DNA of 62,895 nucleotides, the filler included, from Octopus bimaculoides (lineage: Eukaryota): assembly GCF_001194135.2 (NCBI RefSeq). It is 4 parts of 4 records of this genome, joined end to end, with 100 filler letters (N's around TTAATTAATTAA, not from the genome) between each part and the next. Parts side by side here need not be neighbours in the genome. Positions count along the whole stretch, not along the records: positions 26,167 to 56,501 come from NC_068991.1; positions 56,602 to 62,895 come from NC_068995.1; 2 more parts are not named here. One strand, 5' to 3'. Made by a program: the position numbers and the translations under genes. Below the pieces are notes generated by a model, which was not told where the DNA came from, made no database searches, and saw nothing but the letters and a program-made list of their open reading frames with translations. Below, piece by piece: positions 49,976 through 62,895 of the stretch; the stretch's first letter is position 1, and the number at the start of each line of letters is the position of its first letter.

Positions 49976-50744
49976 TTTAAAGATTGTGGGCTATGAGAAA
50001 CGTTAAAGCATGGGACGAATTTCCTTGTGTTAGTCATTCCTACCCTTTAGGTTCACGCTTAAATCACGGAAATTAACCTTGTCTTCTGTACTTTCAAGTT
50101 CTATAAAATAAACTATCATTCTCTTTCCGTATAATCCTCTTCAGTATTGGAATTTCGTAGAAAAACTATTAAGAAATTATCGACTATTTTGTTTTCGTTA
50201 CATTTTCTGTCAGGAGTATTAAACAAAGCTGTTTTTGAAAGTTTTTTCCCCTCCTATTTAATTGTGATAATATTGATTTTGTTGTTGATTTTTCGTTTCT
50301 ACTCCGAGCAAGAAATTAGACACAATGGCTACCACGTTTGATAACGATAACAACTTCCTTTCTTCCAAAGAATATTTTTAATGTTAATAATGTTAAAAAC
50401 TTTTTTTGTAAATGTTGGTTGTACCACAATCAAATTTAACATGGACAGCATATAAAATAGAAAAAAATAACGTGGACATGTGCGACAGTGCTCTTGTAAC
50501 ATGGACGAAAATGCAAATGGGCATGTCGAGCAGAACGTAATGAAAAACGACAACGCTGGCAACATTTGTTGAAGGTTTCATTACAAATGGTGTAGTTTCA
50601 GTTATGAGATTTGATTTAGATTTAATAGTGGAAAGAAAATGAACAAATTCGAAAATACCCAAGTGTGGGAAAATGTATTATTATTCAAAAACATAATCAG
50701 CAGAGAATGAAAAAATGATAGTCCTATAATAGAATATTTCTAGC

Positions 50745-50813
<69 letters not shown>

Positions 50814-53800
50814 TTTAAAGAACAGAACTTATTCACTTAAAGGCGTTGCTTCACATTGGCCTTGGTTGCATAAGCTTAAAACAAAACCAGAAACTAAAGG
50901 AAATGTGAGGATATTGTGAAGAAGTTCGTAAATAATTACTCTTACGATAAAAGTATCGAATGATGAAAAACAAAAATGGGAACATAGTGGAGGAAATATT
51001 ATATNNNNNNNNNNNNNNNNNNNNNNNNNNNNNNNNNNNNNNNNNNNNNNNNNNNNNNNNNNNNNNNNNNNNNNNNNNNNNNNNNNNNNNNNNNNNNNNN
51101 NNNNNNNNNNNNNNNNNNNNNNNNNNNNNNNNNNNNNNNNNNNNNNNNNNNNNNNNNNNNNNNNNNNNNNNNNNNNNNNNNNNNNNNNNNNNNNNNNNNN
51201 NNNNNNNNNNNNNNNNNNNNNNNNNNNNNNNNNNNNNNNNNNNNNNNNNNNNNNNNNNNNNNNNNNNNNNNNNNNNNNNNNNNNNNNNNNNNNNNNNNNN
51301 NNNNNNNNNNNNNNNNNNNNNNNNNNNNNNNNNNNNNNNNNNNNNNNNNNNNNNNNNNNNNNNNNNNNNNNNNNNNNNNNNNNNNNNNNNNNNNNNNNNN
51401 NNNNNNNNNNNNNNNNNNNNNNNNNNNNNNNNNNNNNNNNNNNNNNNNNNNNNNNNNNNNNNNNNNNNNNNNNNNNNNNNNCCCCCCCCCCATACACATA
51501 TATATCTATATACACACACAGACAGGTATTCGTTAACATTCAAATCAAACTTGGTAAAAAATACTAGTCCATACTCGATATATTTTCTATACTTAAGTTC
51601 CGACATGGTTGAAAATATATTCCCACATGAGAGACGACCTGGATCTACCATCCTTTATGTTCCATCAACCGCGTTCCTTATTTACTTTTTTAAATTCTTA
51701 TGAATGAAGATGTGTCTGTATTCGTTTTGTATAGATAACTCGAACGCTATTCAGAATGTGGTTTCATGAATCTGTATCACAACAAATTATAGGTTTTAAG
51801 TTCTTGTATATCATGCGAGATGGATAGTAGTTAGACATTTTGAATTAAAATATCTTGTCTATATTTTTTATACATTAATATTGTATTTATATTTTAACTA
51901 TAAATTTTATACATTTCTAATAAAATTTTGTAATATGTTTGAATGCTTCAAACTTAGTGAAAAAAAAGTGAAAATCATTTGTATTTAGGATTTGTGAATC
52001 AGTGTAAAATACATTTACTATATAATATTTGACTTTGAATTATAATGGTGAAGATTCTTAAAGAAAATATAGTCGTACTAGAAGTCATTCGTTCATAAAA
52101 TTAAAGAATTGAATAATTAAACCTATTTGTATATTTCATATATATTGCATAGAAATTAATGACGAATCTAATAGCTATAGAACTAGACAAGAGACGCCTG
52201 GAAATGAGCTGTCCAGACAATTTCAGGATGATCAGTATCATTCTGTGAATTATATTCAGAATGGGAAATTGAAAAGAAATAACAAAAAATAAGAAAAATA
52301 CAAATGAAGAGAAGAAATCCAAACAGTAAGAAGAGAAATGACAACAGCAATAAATGAAGTATCGTTCTTGACGGTTATTCATTAACACGCTAAATTTGAA
52401 AGGAGCTAATGTGCTTATTACTAGATTACTGCTCAAGTTTGTATTACATAGCATAGTAAAACGGAAGCTAATAGCTGAAAAATGAATCTTTTTAACACAC
52501 TGACCGGAAACCGCGGCAGTAAGCAAATATCTATATATTTCATATTTGATAATCTAACTTGACAAGCAAACGGTGGAGTATTGGATTCCCTTACTATTGA
52601 CACTGGCATTCGTCAGTAAATGAGCCATCTTAGAATAGACCAATCATCATACAGGCATCCAATATTAACAATAGCGTGAAGACTTGCAGCAGCTGTAATA
52701 ACACAACAGTATCAGTATGGGATTGACGATCCTCATGATGATAACTGTAAGTAAAATACTGATTATATTCCTTGTTTTGCAGCAGCAAGTCATATACTAA
52801 TTCGCTTCGGATAACGAATAGCCATTTAGTTCTTACAGTTGCCGGGAAAACACGCGACATTATCGAACGTATCATGAGTTACATTTGTATAACGTTCCCG
52901 GCGATTCTTGTGCATTGTTTTTGTTGTCGCTCTTGTTTATCCATAGTCATTATTGATCCCATTTCTGTGCATTCAGTCCATGACCAGCTCGTTCGTTTTT
53001 CTTTTCAATGGCATTGTATTCCGAAGTGAATTATTGCAAGTCAGTTAGATGTATTTTGACGGAGATTAGTTGCTATTTCTAGCAGATTGATCGACTGTAG
53101 GGAGATTCCTTCCTTGGCTCATTTCTTGTTCGTTAGATTACAAAGACTAGGGTATTGTTTATGATGTGTAGATAAAGGAATAGATATGATATAGTGAGTA
53201 AGACATCAGTGAATACGAAGATGAGCCGTGCCTGAGAAGGTGACGCAATTGGGAACACAATTTTTACCAAAAACTGCAAACAATTCAATTTGGCAATTAG
53301 TATTTCTAACCTTAATTGCCTGCCCTTTGTAACCATATTATTTGTTTGTAGTCAAATTTATTCAAAGTTCGTTCAGCGAAACACTCGAGCATTTTACATA
53401 CAGATTTGGTCCCGCTTCGATTTCCCCTTCTCAACGATACATTAGAGTCATCTGCAATCTGAGGCTGTTTGCTCTTTTACAAACACTTATCTGTTACATA
53501 AGTGTCTCCATACAGTTATTTCCATTAGGGCGCATTTTTGCCATTTGTGATAGTTATGCGAACTTTAGAAAAGTTACATAAAATACTAAATAATAGAATT
53601 TTCTTTTATAAGAAACAACTCTAAAACTTAATGGCTAGTCATAAATCTTCAAGGTGCTACATTTGTATGCTTTATGTAATAGCAAATTGATAATTGAAAT
53701 ACATCCAAATCGATCGATGCCAAGGTAGTTATCATGTTAAGAGGCTACAAGTAAGTACATATATTATTGACAGGAAGAACTCACAAACTGAGGGAAATCT

Positions 53801-53957
53801 GACTTGGTTTAATTATATTCAATACACATAAGCGAGGCTAGACGGGAAGTCTATGAGACAACTAATCATTGTTTATATTTGCTGTAGTACTATGTGCACT
53901 TTTATAAGTGAAACAAAAACAAACTATAATTCAATCAATCAATCAGTCAATTAACCA

Positions 53958-54010
<53 letters not shown>

Positions 54011-54440
54011 ACACTTTCTCTATTTATGTACATACATACACACATGCGTACGTACATACATACATATATACATACATATCTATAAATATAAAAGAGAATT
54101 TGTATGCGTGTGTGTGCGTATGTTCCTTATGCATTCCAAAACCGAGTTGCCGATTTTGACGTATGAGCTATCAAAAGATTCAGTAAGCTTTTGGCTACTA
54201 GCTAAAGTATAATTCCATTCACATATTTGCATTACAAAAATTAAACATTATCATTTTTCTTTTAGTCAACTATCATAAACGATATCTGATATCACCACGA
54301 CGACGACGATGACATCGTATTTTCTATATGACTGTGCTCGTGCGTTCGTTACCTACCTTAGGCCGATGACTGACAAATGTGTGTGCGTGACGGTGTATGT
54401 ATCTGTCAGTAAACATATTTTTGTGACGACTGAAACACAG

Positions 54441-54476
<36 letters not shown>

Positions 54477-55289
54477 CTAACGACAGACACAGACACAGAC
54501 ACATACACAGGGTCAGAGATAGGCTTCAGGTGTGCGTTGATGTGTGTCTTAGTTTATGTATGTAACTCCCCCACCAGTGAAACACGCCGATATTGAAAGT
54601 TTATTTGCGGCCTGGACGACAACAATGTTCACTTTCAAGTACTACCAACATGAAGACTCGCAAATATATCTGAAAAAAAAATGTTATTCTGGTTAATATA
54701 ACAAATTTGGAAACTTGGCGAAGTAGAAAGCCTGAGCAACTCTTTCAATATAATTACAGAAATGTTAATCCACTCCCAACAAGCTTCAAGCTAACGCTTT
54801 TTAACAATCCTTATCGTATTCGTCCTATGATTCTCCATCACTGTGAGTATCAACGTCGCACAACCTTTTTACTGCGTTCAGTATTCATTCTAGAGCCTAT
54901 AATGTTACACAGTTAAAAAATATATAGTAATGGCAAATTAATTCATATTTTGTTAAATATATCTTTCAGCAAATATTTGAAATTAACAACAGCATCTTCC
55001 TTTCTATACACTTAGTTTGGCGTTCGTTTCAAAATTGTAAAATGAAGTAGTTTTGTACGAAAAAGTGAATTATGCCTTCTGAATTTTCTTGGAGTTTCAC
55101 TTTCTGCACCATGATATTCAATTGTGAATTTTAGAACATTTACTACATGTTCCAAATAACCTTTGATTTTCTGTACTTCCTTACATTGGTGACGCATACT
55201 AACTTTTGCTAAATTGGTGACTTTCAATTTTTGTTGTAGCATAACTATGCTACAGAAAGTATGTTTTGCACCTATATTGACTACATTTC

Positions 55290-55886
55290 GTTTCGCCGAC
55301 CGAGTATACGTGTGGAGAGAGTCAAAATAAGCATTTGATCCATACTGCAATCTTCCAACAGTTAAACAGAGAGGAGCATCTGTGATGATCGGTGGGGAGG
55401 GGCTATATCTTGGAAATCCGCCGGCCCAATGATTTCCCTTCATGGCAGAATTAATAGGCAAGTCTATTTAAGCAATGTATCGCATCACATTCATCCTATG
55501 GTTGCGGTACTGTTACCGGAGGGAAAGGTAATCTTTCAGGATGATAATGCACCAATTCACACAGCTAAAGTTGTTACTGAATGGCCCGAGGAACATTCTA
55601 GTGAAGTTGAACATCATATCTGGCCACTACAGTCCCCAGATCGCAATATTATTGAACATTTATGGAACATTCTGCGAAAGCCATTAAGGAGTCGATCGAT
55701 GTCTTCCATCATCATCATTACAAGAACTGGAGACTGTTTTAGCTGAAGAATAGACAAAAATCCGTTTGGAAAAGATTCAAATTTTGTACGAGTCCATACC
55801 TCATAGAATTCAAGCGGTCCTACCCTATATTAAAATAAATGTATTTAAAATTTTAAGGTATTTCCATTATTTTGCCCAACCCCTGT
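55290..55886 (+). mobile_element. Tc1-family (DD34E) transposase remnant, 5'-truncated
   Basis: YVWRES, LPTVKQRGASVMI, IFQDDNAPIHTAK and WPLQSPDRNIIEHLW; right end CCAACCCCTG|TA. Confidence 0.9.
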
Positions 55887-56545
55887 ATATGAAATTACAG
55901 GGATAAGCAAATTAGACCGTCAAATATATCAAATAACTTAATTACATCAAAATGTATGTATAATGAGTACATGCAAAACGAGAGGAAGAAAAAGCTGGAA
56001 ACTTTCAGATGATGAATGATGAATTAATATGTACATATTATATATCTGTATATGTATGAATATGTATGTATATAATGTATATGAATTTATATGTATATAT
56101 TATATGTAGATAATAAATATTAATTTATATGTATATATGATATATATATGATATATGAATTTATATGTATATATGATATATGCACAATATAAATATTTAT
56201 ATGTATATAGTATATATATATATATATATATATAATAATATTATTAGGGACAAAATCCAAAATTACAGGTAAAAAACTCAATTAAAATCAATTTATAAAA
56301 AATTAAAATTAAATTGAGCCTTATAGATAAAGTATATATAAAATATATATAGTTTTAGGGAAAATAACCAATTTTCAAGAACTCATCGATGAAAATCCAC
56401 TATCACATATAGAAAAATTAATAATTAAAAGCACAATAAATGAGTATACTATAAAGTAAAGTAAATATCATAAGATAAATATAATAAAAAGATTACACGT
56501 GNNNNNNNNNNNNNNNNNNNNNNNNNNNNNNNNNNNNNNNNNNNN

Positions 56546-56557
56546 TTAATTAATTAA
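56546..56557. other. Assembly spacer TTAATTAATTAA
   Basis: Same as 15289. Confidence 0.9.
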
Positions 56558-57559
56558 NNNNNNNNNNNNNNNNNNNNNNNNNNNNNNNNNNNNNNNNNNN
56601 NTACCTCATCTTGAAAAATGTAAAATTGTTGGCGGTTGACATCTGGGATAATTTTAGCAGCAAACCAAGCAGGTATTAAGAATATGAATTTTAGTGTTTA
56701 TTCATAATGTTATTGTTTTTACACCTGTTAATTAAATTTACCTGCCCATAAAAGTCAAATTTAGTCAGAAAGATCAGCTAAAATTACATAATTATAAACC
56801 ACTGGCATATAAGCACCCATTTACAAAATTTCAATTCTGTATGTAGAAAATTAACAAAGTTACAAGCAAATATTGTGGACACCCCACTTGAACCTGAATA
56901 AATCAAAATTAATGTGAACAGATAAGCATTACATTTGACAAATTAATCTGAACACTAAAGGGTTAAACGTCAACAAAATTTTAATATAGAATTGGATACT
57001 GGATTATCAGTTGAACTTAAATGCACAAGATAGGAGTAGCCATAAAGGTAACTAAATGAAATAAACTTACATACATAAATAAAAAGAAACAAATAATAAT
57101 GATTCACAATACAAACTGATAAAACTTTGTTACTCACCTTACAGATAAATAAAAAATAAAATCTAGGTAAATTTTTAAAAAATATTTATAAAATTAAATC
57201 GTATGTGTATAAATCACACACTGTTTCTATCATGGTAACTTGTAAAGCATGCCACTGTGCATAACACAAGTTTGCAGAATACACATTGGAAACTCATTTC
57301 AACAACCCGTCCACTGGGAACTTTCCTTTTTTGATGAAGACATTCATGGCACTGCCTTTTGTGACTCCTGATTTTCTCTCATTTATCAGCTGATTTATCG
57401 GAAACTTTCTATCATTTATCTCTCATTTATTGGAACTCCAAAAATTCAGAGGTCAGGTATCATGCCAAATAATGTTGGATATTCAAACTCAATTTTAATG
57501 TAGTGACATCAAGTGTTTTCATGGGTGTACTAATGAGATTTGTGCTGAAATCATTTGAA

Positions 57560-57760
57560 TGTGATTAGATTATTTCAGCTGTGTTGGCATCATTTGCCAT
57601 TGGGATTCTCAGCTGAATTCAGGTGATTTGGTTGTAAAAGGGTTAATTGTTAATCTAAAGATGTCACAAGCAGTGTCAAATGCTTTGATGAGGTTCTGTA
57701 AACCAGTCTCACTGTGAGATACTAAATCACAATCATCAGTATAAAGGAAATCTTTAATAA
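57560..57760 (-). mobile_element. RTE-BovB-like RT fragment
   Basis: DFLYTDDCDLVSHSETGLQNLIKAFDTACDIFRLTIN. Confidence 0.8.
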
Positions 57761-57794
57761 GAGATATATGTATGTGTGTCTATTTCTATGTGGC

Positions 57795-58150
57795 TCTTTT
57801 GTCTTTTACTCGTCGGTCATTGGACTGCAACCATGTTGGGACAACAACTTAAAGGGTTTAGTCAAACAAATCGATTCCAGTGCTTGTTTTTAAAACTTGT
57901 GCTGCAATATAAACAAGCAACATTAGTTGTCAAGCAGTTCTGGTGGGTGGAGACACACACACAAGTACATGTACTTTATATACACAACAAGCTTCTTTTC
58001 ATCTATCAAATCCACACATAAGGCTTTGGTGAGCATGAAGCTACAGTAGAAGACACCTGCTCAGGCTACTGCACAGTGGAACTGAACTGAAGACCATATG
58101 GTTGGGAAGCAAGCTTTTTAACCACACAATTATACCTGTGTCTACAGCCA
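57795..58150 (-). mobile_element. SINE family A, CpG-decayed
   Basis: Tail and head recognisable; consensus CpGs read as TG/CA. Confidence 0.8.
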
Positions 58151-60104
58151 CACCTGCACCTAGTTTATATTAAATTGTATGCAGTGGTGAGTTGAGTTCC
58201 AGTTCGGAAGTTCTGGAGCTATGGGGAGCATGGAGTCACTTCTTAATTGCCATTACTTCCATGTCCATTCTGACCCTGAAGGGTAGTAACTGTCAGGATC
58301 CCATCTATGGGTTAAACAGATTTTTGAGGAGTAGTGGAGACTGCCTTCATTTTTGATTAGGCTGTAGGGAAGGCAGCTCTTCTAGGCAAAAGATACTCTG
58401 ACATAAAACAACATAAAACTTACAGTCACAACAACATCAGTCATTTTGCAATACTTGTCACTGGAACCTATTATGGTGACCGAGTGGCAAAAGTATGGTA
58501 CAAGCTTTTATCACCTAAATTCAGTGACACACAGATGTCTCACTACCATTTCATTCTTGATCTGTTTTGTATTTTATAAAATCCCATGGCAATGGATGCA
58601 TGGCTACATATCCACACATATGTAAGGATGAAAATCTGAACAATCAGGCTGAATGTGGGAGGACTACCATCTGATAGATAAGGCAATTATCATTCACCAG
58701 AAGCAATAAAGTACACAACAATACATCAGTGTAGAGTATTCCTAATACTTCAATTTTGTATTTGGTTTGCAAGATTATTCATGTAAACATGTACTTTTAG
58801 TTATAGTGCGTGTGTGCATGTGCCTAACATGGTGTGTCTATGTACTTCAAACACCCAAAACTGTAATTATTGTCCACTCTACTCAACTTATGCCTTGCAG
58901 GACCAGCTGAGAACCTCATTGTTATCATCTATCTCTTGCAGGTCCTACTTAATCATTTTTTTTCTCCACCTTTCCCTTACTAGGTGTGAGTACCCATGCA
59001 GATCCATCTAGCAGACAAAGGTTTTAGTAAGCAAAAAAATTTTTTTATAAATCATAAGAATATTCAAGCATCTAAAGTTTTGAAAAGAAAACTAAAAGAT
59101 CATTTCAAAAGTAACACAATTAAATTGGATGTCATTTCTTTGATTTTAAGAAAACTCTTACACAAAAAGAAGAAAAAAAAAAAAAAACTAACCTTTCTCT
59201 ACACTGCTTTCCTGTTCTCCCCTTCAACTGTTTCGAAATATGTGTCCAACGTTTTGGACCATATACATTCACTAACTGAAGAACTTTCTCATCTTCCTAT
59301 ATAAATTGGAAAAAATATTTTGTTATTACCACCATTTTGCAATTTATATACAAACTTAAAAAACAGACTGAAAATAAAATAAGGAAGCTTTCGGCTAGAT
59401 TTAAAAAAACTACTGAATGCATATGGTACAAAAGTGTTAAGATGATGGCATTATCATAGAGTTTACAGTTTAGCAGGAATTACACCACAGCATGAACAGA
59501 GACAGGTATCCGATTTCCACTTAATTTTTCACTGTTGTTTTCATTTTTACAGTGGCTTTTACACATACATACACACACACATCAAAGCCATAGAGGAAAA
59601 GAAATGAAAGGTAATTAGAAATATAAAGGAATGTAATCAAACAGAATATAATGTTTTTGCTTAATAGCCCAACAATTTTGGCATTTTTTAATACTATGTC
59701 TAACACACAATCTAAGAAGTTGTTCAGCAAGCCAAAATCACTCAGCAAGTACCATTCCAAGTTTGTGTATACAAAAATGTGCTATAAATATACATCGTTA
59801 CTTTTAATTTCTACTGTTGCAAGGTAATATACTGATTTATGGCCAGTTTTTGCACACATCAACAAATGTTTTGTTTACTGATATCTATATGGGAAAAAAA
59901 ATTATCAAGGTAGCTACAAATGACCATGGGTTTTTGTTACTGAGAAGGCAAAATTATGTCAAAACACCAGCTGACAGGCCACTGATGACATTTCAAGCAT
60001 ATTGTATTTTTAATACATAATGTCCCTTAGCAGAAGATGTACTCCAAGACAAAAATCATCAGCAAGTGCCTCTCCACATCTGTGACTACAAAAATATTAT
60101 ATAA

Positions 60105-61600
60105 ATCAACCTTAGGAAGCCAGCCAGTCACATGGTAACCTACCAGTCAGGTGACTGTGCCAGCCAGTTTGTTTTCATTCTCACCAGACAGCAGGATGCA
60201 TGGTTGCTCTTAAATGCAAAGACGCCTCCCTGGTGAACAATATACTCTCCAGCATAGACTAGTCATTAGTGACTTTAGACTCCAGGCCAGAAAGGATACC
60301 AAGAAGCAAATCAATCTGGAATAGAAGGATTTGGAAGCTTAACCCTTCATATGTTCAGAGATTTAGGGATATCCTAATTGCAAATTTTGGTGAGAGGGAG
60401 GAGGAGCTAGACTTGTGACATAGAGGGTAACTGGGAATTCCTGCAGGACAGATTGCTGAGGGCCACAAACCAAATCTGCAGCTGGTGCAAAGTCCCAACC
60501 AGACCTAGGGTAACGTGGTGATCAACGCAGAAACTAGGGACAGACGAGTGGTTGGTGAGAGCTGTACAAGTCATGTACAGGGACACTACCAGTGAGGTGA
60601 GAGTTGGCAATAAGTACAGTGAAGAATTCAGAGTACAAGTAGGGGTTCACCAAGGAACAGTCCTCAGCCCCTTCTTGTTCATCATAGTCTTCCAGGTAAT
60701 AACAGAGGAATTTAAGACAGGCTGCCCCTGGGAGCTCATCTACACTGATGAACTTGTTCTTATAGCTGATTCAGTAACAGAACTAGAGAAGAAGTTCCAG
60801 GTATGGAAGCAAGGTCTAGAATTGAAGGGCCTTAGAGTTAACCTTGCAAAAACCAAAGTCTTCGTAAGTAGCAAAGCAGACAAATCACAAATCCCTTCAG
60901 GCAGATGGCCCCGCTTGATCTGTAGAAAAGGCATAGGTAGAAACTCCATAAGATGTACCCAGTGTAAGCTATGGACACATAAAAGATGCAGCAATATCAG
61001 AAGAAATTTAACCAGCTACAATAAACACTGAAAATGCACAGAAAATAGACTCCGTCAACTGCCAGGTGGGTAAGCTAGAGGTATTAGATAGCTTCCATTA
61101 TCTAGGTGACCATCTTCAAATTTTGGGCCTCACGGAGGCAATGATTAGTGACCAAGACCTTTGGCGATGTGCTCTGGTTGAGAGGACTTATGAAGCCAAG
61201 TGAAATCGTAGATGTGACTGATACTGATGTCATGTTACTGACACCTGTGCCAGTGCCACATAAAAAGCACTTTTGAGTATTAGGAAGCAAACTGGCTGAA
61301 CTCCTCTCAAGTATTTGCCCTCACAGAGGCAATGGCTGTGGTCTTTCGCATTATGTTGTGCTTGAGAAGAAGACACATCAAACCAAGCAAAACCACAGTT
61401 GTGGTAGATGCCAGTGGCACGTATAAGCATCCATTACTCTCTTAGAGTGGTTGGCATTAGGAAGAGCATCCAGCTGTAGAAACCATGCCAAATCAGACTG
61501 GAATCTGGTGCAGCCTTCCAGCTTGCCAGCCCTGGTCAAACTGTCCAACCCATGCCAGCATGGACAATGGACATTAAATGATAATGATGAAATCATGTAC
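60105..61600 (+). mobile_element. RTE LINE with multiple internal deletions (EN end, linker, RT, C-terminus, 3' UTR)
   Basis: HMVTYQSGD...QHRLVISDF, NWEFLQD..RVTW, GVHQGTVLSP, LIYTDEL, CTQCKLWTHKRC, DSFHYLGD and DLWRCAL; 3' UTR with GAT tail. Confidence 0.9.
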
Positions 61601-61652
61601 ATGTCATCATTTTTAATTTCTGTAGCTCCAAGTGTGTATACTGTTATATAAA

Positions 61653-61688
<36 letters not shown>

Positions 61689-61829
61689 TATGCCACTGCC
61701 TCATCTTCCTACTTTAACATTCATCTTCAATGCTGGCAAGGGGTGGAGAGAATCTAATGGGCCTAAAGACAACATTGTGCTCTAGTTCCTGCTTAAGTAT
61801 TGTTTCTAAGGATTGGCATAGTCCTCTAG

Positions 61830-61900
61830 CTTATCAACCCCTGTCAAACCATCCAACCCATGCCCAACATAGAAAAAGGACCTCAAACACTGATGATATA
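61830..61900 (+). mobile_element. RTE 3' UTR terminal fragment
   Basis: CCATCCAACCCATGCC...ACTGATGAT. Confidence 0.6.
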
Positions 61901-61929
61901 TATCATTATTATCCTTTAACTTCCCTTTA

Positions 61930-62100
61930 TCTATGCTGGCATGGTTTGGATGTTTCAACCAGAAGTGATGACCCAAAGAACTGTGCTGAGCTCCAATGTT
62001 TGCTTTGTCAGGGCTTCTACAGCTGGATGCTGTTCCTAACACCATCCCTTATATTGTGTGTATTGGGTGCTTTTCTTTGTGGCACTAGCACTAGTATGGT
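61930..62100 (-). mobile_element. RTE 3' UTR fragment
   Basis: ATGCTGGCATGG...CTACAGCTGGATGCTGTTCCTAA is the reverse of 61440-61570. Confidence 0.75.
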
Positions 62101-62394
62101 CACAAGTACTCACAGGACAAAACTCCACAACTGAGTGTGATATAATAGTGAAGAGGGTGAAAACATGATACAGGGATGGGCACAGATATGTTGTTGGAGA
62201 GGTGAATACATGTTTCCCCAGCTGGAAAGAGAGGGGGATGATGAGAACATACACTCAAGCTACAAGGTGAATATGAGAAAGAATAGAAAAAGAACAGAAA
62301 AGATGGGTGAGTAGGTTAAGTGCATTAGAGTGAAAAGAGTGTGACATGATTGGAGAGTATAAACGTGTAATATATATATAGCATTCTTTTATTC

Positions 62395-62720
62395 TTTTAC
62401 TTGTTTCTGTCATTTGACTGTGGCCTTGCTGGAGTACCGCCTTTAGTCAAACAAATCAACCCCAGGACATATTCTTTGTAAGCCTAGTACTTATTCTATC
62501 AGTCTTTTTTACCGAACCATAAGGTTCCGGGGATGTAAACACAGACACACATATACACAGCCAGCTCCTTTCAGTTCCTGTCTACCAAATCCACTCACAA
62601 GGCTTTGGCCAGCTCAAGGCTACAGCAGAAGACACTTGCCTAAAGTGCCAGGCAGTGGGACTGAACCTGGAACCATTTGGTTGGGAAATAACCTTACCAC
62701 ACAGCCACTCCTGCACCTGT
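62395..62720 (-). mobile_element. SINE family A, full length, CpG-decayed, short internal tract
   Basis: Complete tail and head. Confidence 0.9.
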
Positions 62721-62789
62721 TCTATTTATTTATATATATATAGATATATATATATATATATATATATATGTGCCCACAGCATGTGTATG

Positions 62790-62895
62790 GACTTTCGAGT
62801 GGGATCGTAGCCGGTGCCCCTGGACTGGCTCATGTGCGAGTGACACATGAAATGCACCATTTTGGGCGTGGCCGTTGCCAGTGCCGCCTGGCTAG
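62790..62895 (+). mobile_element. Probable RTE 3' UTR subrepeat region, runs off the window
   Basis: GC-rich TGGCCGTTGCCAG / GCACCA subrepeats resembling the region upstream of 61440. Confidence 0.4.

Noticed and set aside
52650-52785. 42-aa Cys-rich hydrophobic ORF (MTCCCKTRN...) on the minus strand
   Set aside because: Short, no family match recognised, expected by chance

Overview
AT-rich eukaryotic genomic DNA from a gapped draft assembly. It is most likely an octopus (coleoid cephalopod); this is inferred from recognisable tRNA-derived SINE families and extreme microsatellite density, not from a database search. I could not recognise any host protein-coding gene. The window is a mosaic of decayed LINEs (RTE, RTE-BovB, R4/Dong, CR1-like), Tc1/mariner and hAT remnants, several SINE families, foldback elements and microsatellites. 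The main discovery is a cluster of four unrelated loci between 37.2 and 47.9 kb carrying type I hammerhead-ribozyme motifs, each inside an inverted duplication. The most notable are a tRNA-headed, microsatellite-linked, hammerhead-tailed SINE flanked by 38-bp inverted repeats (42148-42447) and a ~120-bp element made only of two back-to-back hammerheads (38135-38253). The architecture suggests non-autonomous ribozyme-bearing elements mobilised by Penelope-like retroelements (inference). CpG content also drops sharply after ~56.6 kb. Boundaries of decayed repeats were read by eye and are approximate.
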